Shown here: one piece after another, positions 1 through 10,662 of the stretch
How the letters are laid out: every line of letters begins with the position of its first letter
Position numbering within the stretch: position 1 is the first letter of the stretch
NCBI RefSeq assembly: GCF_006345805.1
Contig: NW_021824399.1
Span: forward strand, 1 to 18,837
DNA length: 18,837 nucleotides
Source of the DNA: Octopus sinensis
Taxonomy: Eukaryota
Direction of reading: 5' to 3'
Notes under the pieces: model-generated
What the model was told of the DNA's origin: nothing
The model's input: the letters and a program-made list of their open reading frames with translations, nothing else
Database searches by the model: none
Made by a program: the position numbers and the translations under genes

Positions 1-216
1 ATTTATGATTTGCCTGAGTTATAGTAGGAGATAGGAAAGGAAAAAGCCAAATGAAATTAAAACAATAAAAAGTAGGAAGATAATCTAACTGACAAGAGAA
101 TGTATGGCAATGTCGATTGGCAAAGATAGTTGCAGGAAATAGTAATATTGAGACATGGTTATGGTTGCTGAAAGGAAGCTGAAAACGGAGACAGAGTTTC
201 TAAGCAAAAATTAATT
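1..216 (+). mobile_element. R4/Dong-like non-LTR retrotransposon fragment (post-RT region), continuing the element at the window's right end
   Basis: Translates with a frameshift as IVAGNSNIETWLWLLKG/KLKTETEFL, resembling the R4-clade 'TWxWLxKGxLKRETE' block. It is cut at about 216 by the junction to a different repeat. Confidence 0.75.
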
Positions 217-234
217 GTAAGGTCGGACTTATAT
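1..234. repeat. Terminal direct repeat, left copy (matches 18610-18837)
   Basis: atttatgatt...gtaaggtcggacttatat is repeated at the far end of the window. The differences are mostly 1-nt indels. Confidence 0.95.
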
Positions 235-627
235 TTCGGAGAGATCTATGAAAATTAACATCCACATCATGTGATGTATTACAATAATGATTGCAGGTGT
301 AGGTTTCAGGACTAATGATTGTCCATTACTTGAACGTTTGCGCTATCAGCCCTATCGTAAGCATTTGAGTCAATGATATTCCATTGTCTCACACCCTACC
401 GTCTTAACCACGGAAGAACACAACACACATTGCGATGTAAGTAAATCGACGGGGATGATCATGACCGAAACGCCTCTGATCATAGTCTTGTCATCATTGA
501 ACAACAAGCTTCTTTACAAATAACTGAAATATATTCTGCGAAACGAGGAAAATTGGCCGGGTTTCCATTTTAGTAACTAGAGCGATGAGGTCATATTTTT
601 GAGCAGATATCGCCATCCCAATAATCG
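217..627. repeat. Dispersed duplicated segment Z, copy 1 (matches 7652-8046)
   Basis: gtaaggtcggacttatatttcgg...gatatcgccatcccaataatcg is present in both places at high identity. The 7652 copy lacks about 25 bp near its end. Confidence 0.9.
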
Positions 628-639
628 GTAAAAACAATG

Positions 640-1170
640 GCGTTTGTTTTAGAAAAGCGACAAGTAGATAAGAATATTCTGTGGGTGTTGTCAGGACATA
701 TGAAAAATAAAGTTTTGGTAATATAATAGAAGTCGAGGACATGAAATCGTGATTAAGGTCGTGATTTCAGATCCTGGGACGAGTGATGTTTTGTGCGCAG
801 AACAATTCATCTTATGTTGCACAGCGACCATTTCAACACTCGACGTGTAGGAATGGTGACTAGCTGGAAAATGGATTTATTTTCCGGATATTAAAGAATT
901 TTAGCCAATCACATACATCAAGAAAAATACTGCCACTCTCGTTTTAAAAATAATTAGAGAATTATTACAACAGGGTATTTCATTCAGTATGCTTTTCGGA
1001 TAGCACCTGGAAGGTTGAGACAAAAAACTTATATGAGGCAATAGAATATTCCGATAAGTGGATAAAACATTTAATTTCTGTCAAAAATTCAAACCGAAGT
1101 CATATTTGGGGCCGGCTCTATAAAGGTAAATCAATTTTTGTTACTTTTCTTTTAAGATTTAACATTTGTA
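640..1170. repeat. Dispersed duplicated segment V, copy 1 (diverged copy at 9505-10070, fragment at 8050-8110)
   Basis: Shared anchors in colinear order: agtagataagaa, ttattttccggatattaaag, atgagg-aatagaa-attc-gataagtggataaa, gaagtcatatttg, gtaaatcaatttttg. Confidence 0.8.
1026..1125 (+). pseudogene. Decayed exon-like segment of an unidentified gene (NLYEAIEYSDKWIKHLISVKNSNRSHIWGRLYK), ending at the donor AAG|GTAAAT
   Basis: The copy at 8062-8088 differs by synonymous changes (gca/gcc, tcc/tca). The copy at 9919-9945 reads EVIENSDKW. The GT donor is at 1126. Confidence 0.35.
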
Positions 1171-1865
1171 TCTACACACACATGTATATATGATTTATTT
1201 TTCCCTCTCTCTCTATCTTTCTATAACTATGCAAATTAATACAATTAAGTTGTTCCTGACGATCATTTGTCGGTGAGATTTTGGTTCCAAGCAACCATAA
1301 CGTTGTTACATGCACTTCAGAATTATTATTCAAACATTTCTTTGTCCTGTTCATCCTATATATAGACTTCTACATAAACACATATGCATAGGCGTGGCTG
1401 TGTGGTAAGAAACATGCTTCACAAGCAGATAGTTCCAGGTTCAGTTTCACTGCATGGCAATTTGGGAAAGTGTCTTCTACTATAACCTCAGACCGACCAA
1501 AGCCTTACGAGTGGATTTGGTAGACGGAAACCGAAAGAAGTGCGTTCTATATGTATCTATATATATTGAAGCATATATGTGTTTGTGTGTTGTGTGTGAG
1601 TTTGTTTTGTTTGTATGTGTGTTTCTGTCTTTGCGACTATGTTTGTTACCCATTCATATCTTGACAGCAAGTTTTTTAAGGCCCCTCCTTAACATTGCGG
1701 TTCGGCAAAAGCGGCCAATAAAATAAGTACTTGGCTTACAAAGAATAAGCTCTGATGTCAATTTATTGGGCTTAAAGGCTTTTGATATGGTGCTCCAGCA
1801 TGACCGTGGGCAAATGACTTCAACACGTAAAGGAATTTAAAGAATAAGAATACACCTTTATATGT
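1127..1865. repeat. Dispersed duplicated segment Y including its SINE (matches 6281-7060)
   Basis: Colinear homology from aaatc...ttttcttttaagatttaacattt through the SINE, which sits at the same position (after atgcata) in both copies. Confidence 0.9.
1391..1850 (+). mobile_element. tRNA-derived SINE, octopus-type family A (head, core, microsatellite, tail module)
   Basis: A-box-like TGGCTGTGTGG at 1395-1405 and B-box-like GGTTCAGTTTC at 1438-1448. Core gtgtcttctactata...gagtggatttggtagacggaaac and tail aataagtac...gtgctccagcatg...caaatgact. Multiple homologous copies occur in the window. Confidence 0.85.
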
Positions 1866-2052
1866 GTGTGTGCGCATGCGTGTGTGTATATATATAAATG
1901 CGTATGAATATATAAATATACTTATATACCTATATAATATATGTGTGTGGTGTGTGTGGTGTGAGTGTTTTGCCTCGTACACATGTGCATGATTTCCAAC
2001 ACACATGTAGACACACGCTCACATATACATTCATATATATATGAATATATAT

Positions 2053-3603
2053 AGACCACAAAGACATTTCGAAAATAAACCGTCGGTCCGTTTGATTAAC
2101 CCCCAAGTCTGACACATCGGATCGTCAGCAAGAAGATCCTGGACAGGATTTTACCAAAAATGCGTGAAGCTTCACCCCTTCCACTCTGGAATAGGACCAC
2201 CGGCAATAACCTGGTTCCGGGATTTACCAGATAAAAGCAACACCCGATTCCTACAACGGGATATCGAGGATTACTACGCCTCTATATCGAGAGCTTGCTG
2301 ATCGATGCGATTAACTTCGCCATAGGTCCTCCACCATCACCGAGGCCGAGCAAGATGTGATCCTCCACGCACGTAAGACTTTTCTTTTCTATGACGGATC
2401 CCACTGGATCAACAAAAAATCTGTGACCCCCTTCGACGTCACATGGGTGCTAACGACTCTGCTGAAATAAGTGACCTAGTGGGCCTTTTCATCCTCCATA
2501 GGCGAAAACCCTATTCACAGGCCTCTCCGGTGGTCTTTACCGAGATGACGCCTTTTCGCCCTCCACAATATAAACCCCGGACCACGGATGGGTTCCGGAA
2601 AAACCTTCACACCTTCTTTAAAAACTTAGGCCTAGGATTACCCTAGAATCCAACTTAACAAAGCTAACTTCCTCGATGTCACCCTCGACCTAAAAACCTC
2701 ACTTTATTACCGTACCACAAACCAATGAATTCCCTTAGATATATAGATATCAATTCCAACCACCCCAAAAATATTAGATAACCTAGTAAAAAGTGTCTCA
2801 ATTAGAATCTCTAGCCTGTCCGCCACGGAAGATATCTTTAAAGCCGCAGCCCCCTATTACAACGAGGCCCTGGCCCGCAGTGGTTTTAAAGATAAGATTA
2901 CCTACACTAGTATAGCCCCACGCCAACCCAGGAAAAATAGACGAAGACACATTAGCTGGTACAACCCCCCTTCAACCGTGAGGTCGCTACACCTGTAGCA
3001 AGATCTTTTCACTCTCCTACAGAACACTTCCACCCAACATAAGTACTACAACTATCCTAAATAAGAACACTATTAGACTCTCCTACTCTACCACGCCAAT
3101 CTAGCCAGGAACCTAGCAACAACATGTGAAAAAAAAACTTAAAATATCTACTTTCCTCCGGGGCCCATCCAACGTCCGATAGCAGTTGCAACTGCCATGA
3201 TAAAACCACATGCCCCTCAACAAACAACTGCCTACAGAGGGACCTAGTATATAAATGCGAGGTAAGATCAGGCCTTGACGATAAAAGTAAATCCTACATT
3301 GGAATGACGTCACAGCTTTTTAAGACCCGCTGGTACGCACATACACACTCGTTCCGGCGACAGGATAAATCCAACCAACTACCCTCGCCGCCCACATCTG
3401 GTACCTTAAAAGAACTCTATCCCCTTCAAGACCAAGTGGAAACTACTACAGAAGGCGCGCTCGTACACAGGAGGACATACCTGCTGTGACCTATGCTATC
3501 AGAGAGCCTAGAGATCTTGTTCGCCAAAGGCCCTCTCCTTAACAAATTTTCAGAACACTCCCCAAATTGCATGCATAAAAGTATGCGAACTACAAGACTA
3601 TAG
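2053..3603 (+). mobile_element. Penelope-like element (PLE), 5'-truncated: reverse transcriptase plus C-terminal GIY-YIG endonuclease, heavily frameshifted
   Basis: Motifs in order: FDVT/MGANDSAEISDLVGLFIL (2432-2496), GLYRDD (YRDD at 2538-2549), NFLDVTLDL (2666), SNHP, WYNPP, CNCHDKTTCPSTNNC (3187-3231), LVY (3244-3252), YIG (3295-3303), FKTRWYAH, CDLC, LLNKFSEHSPNCMH, and stop TAG at 3601-3603. Confidence 0.92.
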
Positions 3604-3704
3604 ACCTACCCGCAACTGATTGATGACAACCCCCCCCACACAAACCCCCCACCCCACTGTTCCCCTAGCACCCCCGATTACCTTTTCTCCTAAGACCTTT
3701 CACA

Positions 3705-3858
3705 TATTGTATGTGCACGCTTGTATATGTGTATCGTATGTATGTATATATGTATAGAAATGCATGGGTACAGTAGGAATATACGCATGTATTATGTGTG
3801 TGTGTGTGTATGTATGCATGTAAAAAAATATATATATGTATATATGTTTGCATATATG

Positions 3859-3897
<39 letters not shown>

Positions 3898-4408
3898 GCT
3901 TGTATGTGTGTGTGTGTGTGTATATATGTATATGTGTTTGTATGTATATGTGTATATACGTGTAAATGTATGTGTTTTTGTATGTGTATGTATGTATAAA
4001 ATATTTATAACTAGGGCTTAGTAAAATAAAATAAATTGCTTTGCCACATGCTAAACTTTCTGGAAATAGCGGCCAATAAGGGGTTTTAGCCTCTTCCACT
4101 ACTTAGAGAATTTTTTCCCTCTAACATTGTTTACTCAAAATAATAATGGTCCCTTTACATACTGAATTCTTGGTGAATCTGATTAATAACTAATTAACTT
4201 TACCCTCCCTTGTTGATACATATATATATATGTGTGTGTGTACATGTATGTATATATATGTGTGTGAGTGTATGTGTGTATGTATGTATTTGTATATGTG
4301 TGTGTGTATATGTATGTGCGCGCGTGAGTGTGTATGCATGTGTATGTATATTTGTATATGTATGTGCATGTGTATGTATATGTGTATGTATGTGTATATG
4401 TATGTATA

Positions 4409-4453
<45 letters not shown>

Positions 4454-4621
4454 ATGTGTATGTGTGTGTATATATGTGTGTGTATATGTGTATTATGTAC
4501 GTATTTATATAGATATGTAATCTTTGTATATATATGTATGTATATGCATCTGTCTGTGTGTGTGTATGTGTATATATGTGTATCATTATTGCGTATGTAT
4601 GCATGTATATGTGTATATGTA

Positions 4622-4656
<35 letters not shown>

Positions 4657-4677
4657 GTATATATGTGGGGGTATATG

Positions 4678-4710
<33 letters not shown>

Positions 4711-5059
4711 GTATATGTATGTAGTGTGTGTATGTATTGTGTATATATGTATATATATATATAATATGTGTGTATATATGTTTGTGTATGTATATATGTG
4801 TGTGTATGTGTGTGTATATATATGGGTGTGTGTGTATGTATGTATATATATCTATATATATATATATATATATGTATGTATAATATGTATATATATAATA
4901 TGTGTATATGTATGTGTGTGTATGTATATATATATATAGGTATGTATCTGTATGTAGGAGTATATATGTGTGTGTGTGTGTGTATTGTATTGTGGTATAT
5001 ATATATTATATAATATATATATATGTATATATATGTATATTTATTGGTGTATATATATA
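3705..5059. repeat. Compound (TA)n/(TG)n microsatellite fields (about 3705-4000 and 4215-5059)
   Basis: Directly visible dinucleotide mosaics. They produce the YI/CV-repeat ORFs in the supplied track. Confidence 0.95.
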
Positions 5060-5359
5060 GACTAGCCTCCTAAAGTGTAGACATGAATCTGTAGGTACGA
5101 GTACGTATGTGTATATACGTGAACGTATGTAGATGTTTGTATGTATGAATATAACGCGTGCGTACGTGTATGTGTATGAGTGTACGAATGGGTGTATGTA
5201 CGTGCTAATGAGTGTGCGTGCGGAACGAGTACTTGCCTTCTAGTAGACAGACAATTGGACATGCTGCCATCGCCAGGATCCTTAGCTCTAGCGATCAAAG
5301 ATACAAAAGTAATAAATGAAGATAATAAAATTAAAATTAGGGATGGGCCTGTATTGGAT

Positions 5360-5610
5360 TGTGTATATATATATGGTGTGTATGTATATATGTGTATATA
5401 TATATATATATATTATATATATATATATAATATATATGTTGTGTATGTGTGTATGTGTAGGTATGTATAGGCACACATGTGTACGTATGTGTGTGTGTGT
5501 ATGTATATGTGTTTATGTATGTATGTGCACACATTTTATTTTTTTTATTTTTTTTTTTATTTTATTTTTTATTTTTTATTATTTTATTATTTTATTATTT
5601 TTTTTTTATT
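5360..5610. repeat. (TA)/(TG) microsatellite followed by a T-rich (TTTTA)n-like tract
   Basis: Directly visible. Confidence 0.9.
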
Positions 5611-5756
5611 TATCTATCCTTCATCTAACTTACCACTGACTCCTTGACCACTCCCCCAAGTATGATATTTTGCGCTATGCCTACCCCCAAAAAGTCCCCA
5701 CCACCACTCCTTTAAACCTGCCTAAATGTATAAATGCTAATACAATTCTTGTTAAT

Positions 5757-5805
5757 AGCTTCCTGAAGATTTCTTGAATGAAACAGTACTAGTCCTGTAG
5801 AAGCT
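5757..5805 (+). ncRNA. Type I hammerhead ribozyme (solitary), predicted cleavage GUA^ after 5799
   Basis: Stem I AGCUUC (5757-62)/GAAGCU (5800-05) is a perfect 6 bp. Core CUGAAGA at 5763-69. Stem II is U.U plus UUC[UU]GAA. GAAA at 5780-83. Stem III is ACAG/CUGU with loop UACUAGUC. Confidence 0.8.
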
Positions 5806-5810
5806 CCTTC

Positions 5811-5829
5811 TATATAATAAATTATATAT

Positions 5830-5863
<34 letters not shown>

Positions 5864-5970
5864 ATATATATATACATATATATACATATATATATTTATA
5901 TATATATATATACATAATATATATTTATATATATATACATATATATATTTATATATATATATATATATAC
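5811..5970. repeat. (TA)n microsatellite immediately downstream of the hammerhead
   Basis: Directly visible. Confidence 0.95.
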
Positions 5971-6056
5971 AAACGAAAATACACACACACTCATATGCGC
6001 ACTCATTCATACACACACACATATTTGTGCGTGTTTGTTTATGTATATATATCCTC

Positions 6057-6279
6057 ATGCATCTTTATATAACCATACATGATTACGTATGACCCCGCGT
6101 AGAAATTCTTCGTCCTAAAGTCCTAGATTGCCGCCTATAAAGTGGTTTCTGGGTTAGGTAGATTGCCAGTGGTTGTGTTTTGTGGGGGAATTGGACAGTC
6201 GACTAATTGGACTTCAGCACCTCTGAGAAATGAAAGGCAAAGGGTAGTTCGACAGGAAAGGAAATCAGAATGCGAATAG
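6057..6279. repeat. Dispersed duplicated segment X, copy 1 (matches 8490-8714)
   Basis: gcatctttatataaccatac...cagtcgactaattggacttcagcacctctgagaaatgaaa...gcgaatag is present in both places. Confidence 0.9.
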
Positions 6280-6544
6280 ATAAATCGAGTTTTGTTATTT
6301 TTCTTTTAAGATTTAACATTTATATACACACACACACATACATATGATTTATTTTTCCATCCCTCTCTATCTTTCTATAACTATGCAACTTAATAGAATA
6401 ACGTTGTTCCTGACAGTGATTTGTCGGTGAGCATTTGGTTCCAAGCAACCATAACGTTGTTACACGCACGTAAGAAATATTAGTTAAACATTTGATCGTC
6501 CTCTTCATCCTGTTTATAGACGTCTACATAAACACACATGCATA

Positions 6545-7047
6545 GGCGTGGCTATGTGGCAAGAAGCTTGCTCCGCAAGCACATAGGTCCAGGTTTCGTT
6601 TCCCTGCTTGGCAACCTGGGAAAGTGTCTTCTACTATAACCTCGGGCCGAGCAAAGACTTGTGAGTGGCTTTAGTAGACGGACCCGAAGGAAATCCGTTA
6701 TATATATATATATATATACATATGTGTGTGTGAGTGTGTCTGTGAGTGTATGTGTGGTGCGCGCGCGCGCGTGTGTGTGTGAGAGCGTGTGTGTGTGTGT
6801 GTTTACCTGTGTGCGTGTGTGTCTGTGTGACTATGTTCACTTCCCGTTCACAGCTTGAGAGCAGTTCTTTTACTCCCGCCTTAACATAGTTGTTCGGCAA
6901 AAGCGACCAATAAAATATGTACCAGGCTTACAAAAACTAAGCCCAACTGTAAATTTCTTCGGCTCTTCGGCTTAAAGGATTTTCAGGTGGTACTCCAGCA
7001 AGGCCGCAGTCAAATGACTTAAACAAGTAAAAGAATTAAAGAGAATA
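6545..7047 (+). mobile_element. tRNA-derived SINE family A, within duplicated segment Y
   Basis: ggcgtggctatgtggcaagaagcttgc head, gtgtcttctactataacctcgggccga core, microsatellite, and tail gtactccagcaaggccgcagtcaaatgac. Confidence 0.85.
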
Positions 7048-7054
7048 CACTATT

Positions 7055-7262
7055 TATATGTGTGTGTAGATCTCTGAATGCGTATGAATATTTTTATATA
7101 TATATATATATACAAATATGTGTGATCGTGTGCGTGTGTGTGTATGTGCATGTGTGTGTATGTGTGTGTATGTTAAAAGCCGAACACTTGTGCATGTACT
7201 CACACACACAGATGCACATAGACGCCCACATATACATTAATATATATATATATACATTAATA

Positions 7263-7311
<49 letters not shown>

Positions 7312-7312
7312 G
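7055..7312. repeat. (TG)/(CA)/(TA)n microsatellite
   Basis: Directly visible. Confidence 0.9.
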
Positions 7313-7651
7313 CGAACGTACTCAGACAATCTAAAGTTTTTTGTGTATATCGAATAATAATAAATTGGTATGCGGATGCTCAAGTGAACAACTTAGGGAA
7401 TTAGTACAGTCTTTAACCTCTAGTACCTACATCTGCTGTGTGAGTCCTGTGGCAAGTTACACAGGGTGAACTGGGCGTCCCTAAACATTCGAGGCTATGT
7501 TTTACTTGAGATAACCCATGTACATGAAGGTTACAATATACTAAACACACATGCAGAGTAAACCACGTAGAATATCACTTTCATTCTTCTGCTAGTAGCA
7601 GAATAATTCAATCCTAGATGTCATTTAATAAATTGATGCTTCATCTTGATA

Positions 7652-8200
7652 GTAAGGTCGGACTTATATTTCGGAAAGATCTATAAAAATTAACATCCAC
7701 ATCATGTGATGTATTAGAATAATGATTGTCGGTGTAGGTTTCAGGACTAGTGAATGTCCATTACTTGAACATTTGCGCTATCAGCCCTATCGTAAGCATT
7801 TGAGACAATGATATTCAATTGTCTCACACCCTACCGATTTAACCAAGGAAAGAACACAACACATATTGTGAAGTAAGTAAATCGACGGGATGATCATGAC
7901 CGAAACGCCTCTGATCATAGCCTTGTCATCAGTGAACAACAAGCATAATTTACAATCAACTGAAATATATTCTGGGAAAGGAGGGAAATTCGTCGGGTTT
8001 GCATTTTAGTAACTAGTGAAATGAGATATCGCCATCCCAATAATCGATGAAAAACTTATATGAGGCCATAGAATATTCAGATAAGTGGAGAAAACTTATT
8101 TAATTTCTGACGATAATTTGTCGGTGAGCATTTGGTTCCAAGCAACCATAACACACCCCCCCCCTTAACATAGCGGATCGGCAAAAGTGACCAATAAAAT
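7652..8200. repeat. Internally deleted copy of the Z-V-Y segment
   Basis: 7652-8046 matches 217-627, 8050-8110 matches 1023-1082, 8107-8152 matches 1256-1300, and 8160-8200 matches 1685-1726. Confidence 0.85.
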
Positions 8201-8239
8201 AACACATAGAAACATATAGACACACACACGCACATACAT

Positions 8240-8300
8240 ATACATATATACGACGGGCTTCTTTAAGTTTCTGTCTACCAAATCCACTCACAGGGCTTTA
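8240..8300 (-). mobile_element. SINE family A core fragment
   Basis: The reverse complement reads taaagccctgtgagtggatttggtagacagaaacttaaagaagcccgtcgtatat. Confidence 0.8.
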
Positions 8301-8489
8301 CGCCTATATAATATATATATATATATATTATATATATAATATATATATACACACACACAATTGCACACTTATATATACACACGTACATAATTGCACACAG
8401 TCACATACACAAGCACACACAGGTACACTTACACACACACACATACACGCAAATATATTTGTGTGTGTTTGTGTATGTATATATCTGGC

Positions 8490-8714
8490 TGCATCTTTAT
8501 ATAACCATACGTGATTACATATGACACCGCGTAGCAATTCTTTGTCCTGAAATCCTAGATTGCCGCTCATATAATGTTGTCTCTGGCTTAGGTAGAATGC
8601 CAGTGGTTGTGTTATTGTGGGGGAAGTGGTCAGTCGACTAATTGGACTTCAGCACCTCTGAGAAATGAAACGCAAAGGGGACTTCAGCGGGAAAGGAACT
8701 CAGAACGCGAATAG
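8490..8714. repeat. Dispersed duplicated segment X, copy 2
   Basis: Homologous to 6057-6279. Confidence 0.9.
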
Positions 8715-9504
8715 CCGACAGAAACGCTGCAAAGCAATTTGTAAATTTGTGTACAGGCATTGTGTACAGACATTGCCGACTATTTTGCTTGGATATTCTT
8801 GTTTAATATTATCTTTTTAATTTAAGCTCTATACTTTTTAACTGTACAACTTATTTTTTCATTCGAAAGTCCTGCGGGGATGGGAAGATGGCGAAGCATT
8901 CAGATCTGAGGTGGTGGAAGCATGTATTTAGTGGTCTACACACAAGTGTCCTATGGGTTTGTGGTTGCATGTGTGCTGAAGCAGTTGAATTCATGGAAAA
9001 TCCTGCTCACCTAGAGACCGGAGACAATGCTATATAACTAAATGGATGGGAAGATGACGACTGGATGTCCTCTGACCATAGCTTTACTCAATCAGGAAAC
9101 ATTGGCTTGTGACGCAGATATGTTTACAATGTTTTCCATCAAACACCTGGAGATACTGCGAAATCTCTTTCCAATCACACACTCTTATTTTAGACAATGG
9201 AGGACATGGTTGCTAATGTTTGAATAAAGATAATTAGTAGGGTATAATTGGAATGCCTTTGTGCAAAATTAGGATCAGTCAGGGCAAACAACAACGTCGA
9301 CAACAACACCCTAAGTAAAACACAAAAAAACAAACAAAGATATGTACCTAAAATTGGCCTCGTTCTCAGACTGTATCACCACATCAAACAACGCAATTTT
9401 CTGCGTCAGACTTTCTATCATTACATGATACAACGCCATATCGTTAGCTGACAAGAGACATCACTTAGGAGTAACGCTCAGATTTTTCTCGGGATCCATG
9501 TAAA

Positions 9505-10070
9505 TTCAGTGGGTGTTGCTTCGGGAAAACGCCTAGTAGATAAGAAGGATTCTGGGATGCTGTCCCACCTATGTCATATAACATGTTAAATAATATAATT
9601 GGTGTCCAAGGCGAATGACCACGCTGTTAACGGTGTTACATTCGCGATAGCGAGATCGCTGTTTCAATTCCCGTAAAGGGAATTGTATTGCGTTCTTAAG
9701 CAAATCACCTCATCTTATATTACTTTGCGTCGTGTAAAAATGGTGAATTTCTTAAAAATGGAATTATTTTCCGGATATTAAAGTACAGCGAATAACATAC
9801 ATCGACAGAAAATACTGACACTGCCGTTAAAAAAACACATAACGGGTTATAAAAAATTTGTACTTCGGTCAGTATTCTTATCCGATAAAAGCCGCAAAAT
9901 GAGACAATAAACTTTCATGAGGTAATAGAAAATTCAGATAAGTGGATAAACCTTTTCTAATTTCTGTAAAAAATTAATACTGAAGTCATATTTGAAACCG
10001 GCATTGTAAATGTAAATCAATTTTTGCTACTTTCCTGTAAATATTTAAAATTGATATTTATACACACACA
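9505..10070. repeat. Diverged copy of segment V
   Basis: Colinear with 640-1170. Confidence 0.75.
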
Positions 10071-10662
10071 TATCTACACTGGCGAGATTAAATTTAAGAC
10101 CGATGATAATAATCCTATTTCTAACAGAATATTTTGTTACTAACACCATACAAATTATTTCTAACTTTTACACTTTATGGAGACTTTATTTCTCTTTGGA
10201 ATGATGCAGACAATAACTATTTTTATACAACTTGAAGAATGCATGAAAGTACTAGTTCAATCAGAGTGGATATTTGATATTCTATCGCTTCATTATGTTA
10301 TCTTATCATATCATATATTATTATAGGATTGTAAATAAATCATGAAAATCAAAGTTGGAATTTCTTACAGTGATATATTCTCCTATACACAATCATACAT
10401 ACCTGTGTATAAGTGCATATATATATATATATATATAGCTAGCTACCCGATAATTTCTTGTTAAGATCCCTTATTAAGAGATTATCCTTAATTGTTAAAC
10501 TTATTCCGAAATACTTTTCATTACCCGACATGCAGTTCGTATAAAGCCCGCCATTTACCGGATATATGATTTATAAACATTCCATGTGCTTGGCCGGAGT
10601 GAACAGTTGTCTGTTCGTCTTCGCTACATAAGGTTGGTTTATTTATGATGTATTCAGAATCA

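Noticed and set aside
448-482. GGGAUGA-UCAUGACC-GAAACGCCUC, resembling a minimal PLE hammerhead (also near 7888)
   Set aside because: Both copies lack CUGA, and stems II and III do not pair.
1251-1296. CUGACGAUCAUU...UGAGA...UUGGUUCCAA motif (also near 6410 and 8107), sharing 12 nt with the array hammerhead
   Set aside because: GAAA is replaced by GAGA or GAGC, U16.1 is absent and stem I does not close in any of the three copies. It is at most a dead relic.
3612-3630. ctgattgatgac just after the PLE stop codon as a possible hammerhead start
   Set aside because: It is not CUGANGA and no GAAA follows.
4160-4185. ctgaattcttggtgaatctg hairpin, similar to the 5757 hammerhead core and to the CPEB3 ribozyme P4
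   Set aside because: The core nucleotides and surrounding helices are missing, so the similarity is too short to support.
3665-8570. Numerous ORFs of 60-200 aa rich in YI, CV and HT repeats (also at 13349-14611 and 17054-17487)
   Set aside because: They are translations of (TA)n, (TG)n, (CA)n and (AAT)n microsatellites with no protein-like content.
8870-9451. Unique GC-moderate stretch after an acceptor-like tttttcattcgaaag, with short ORFs at 9042-9227 and 9248-9451
   Set aside because: All six frames are interrupted and no motif was recognised, so a gene call cannot be supported.
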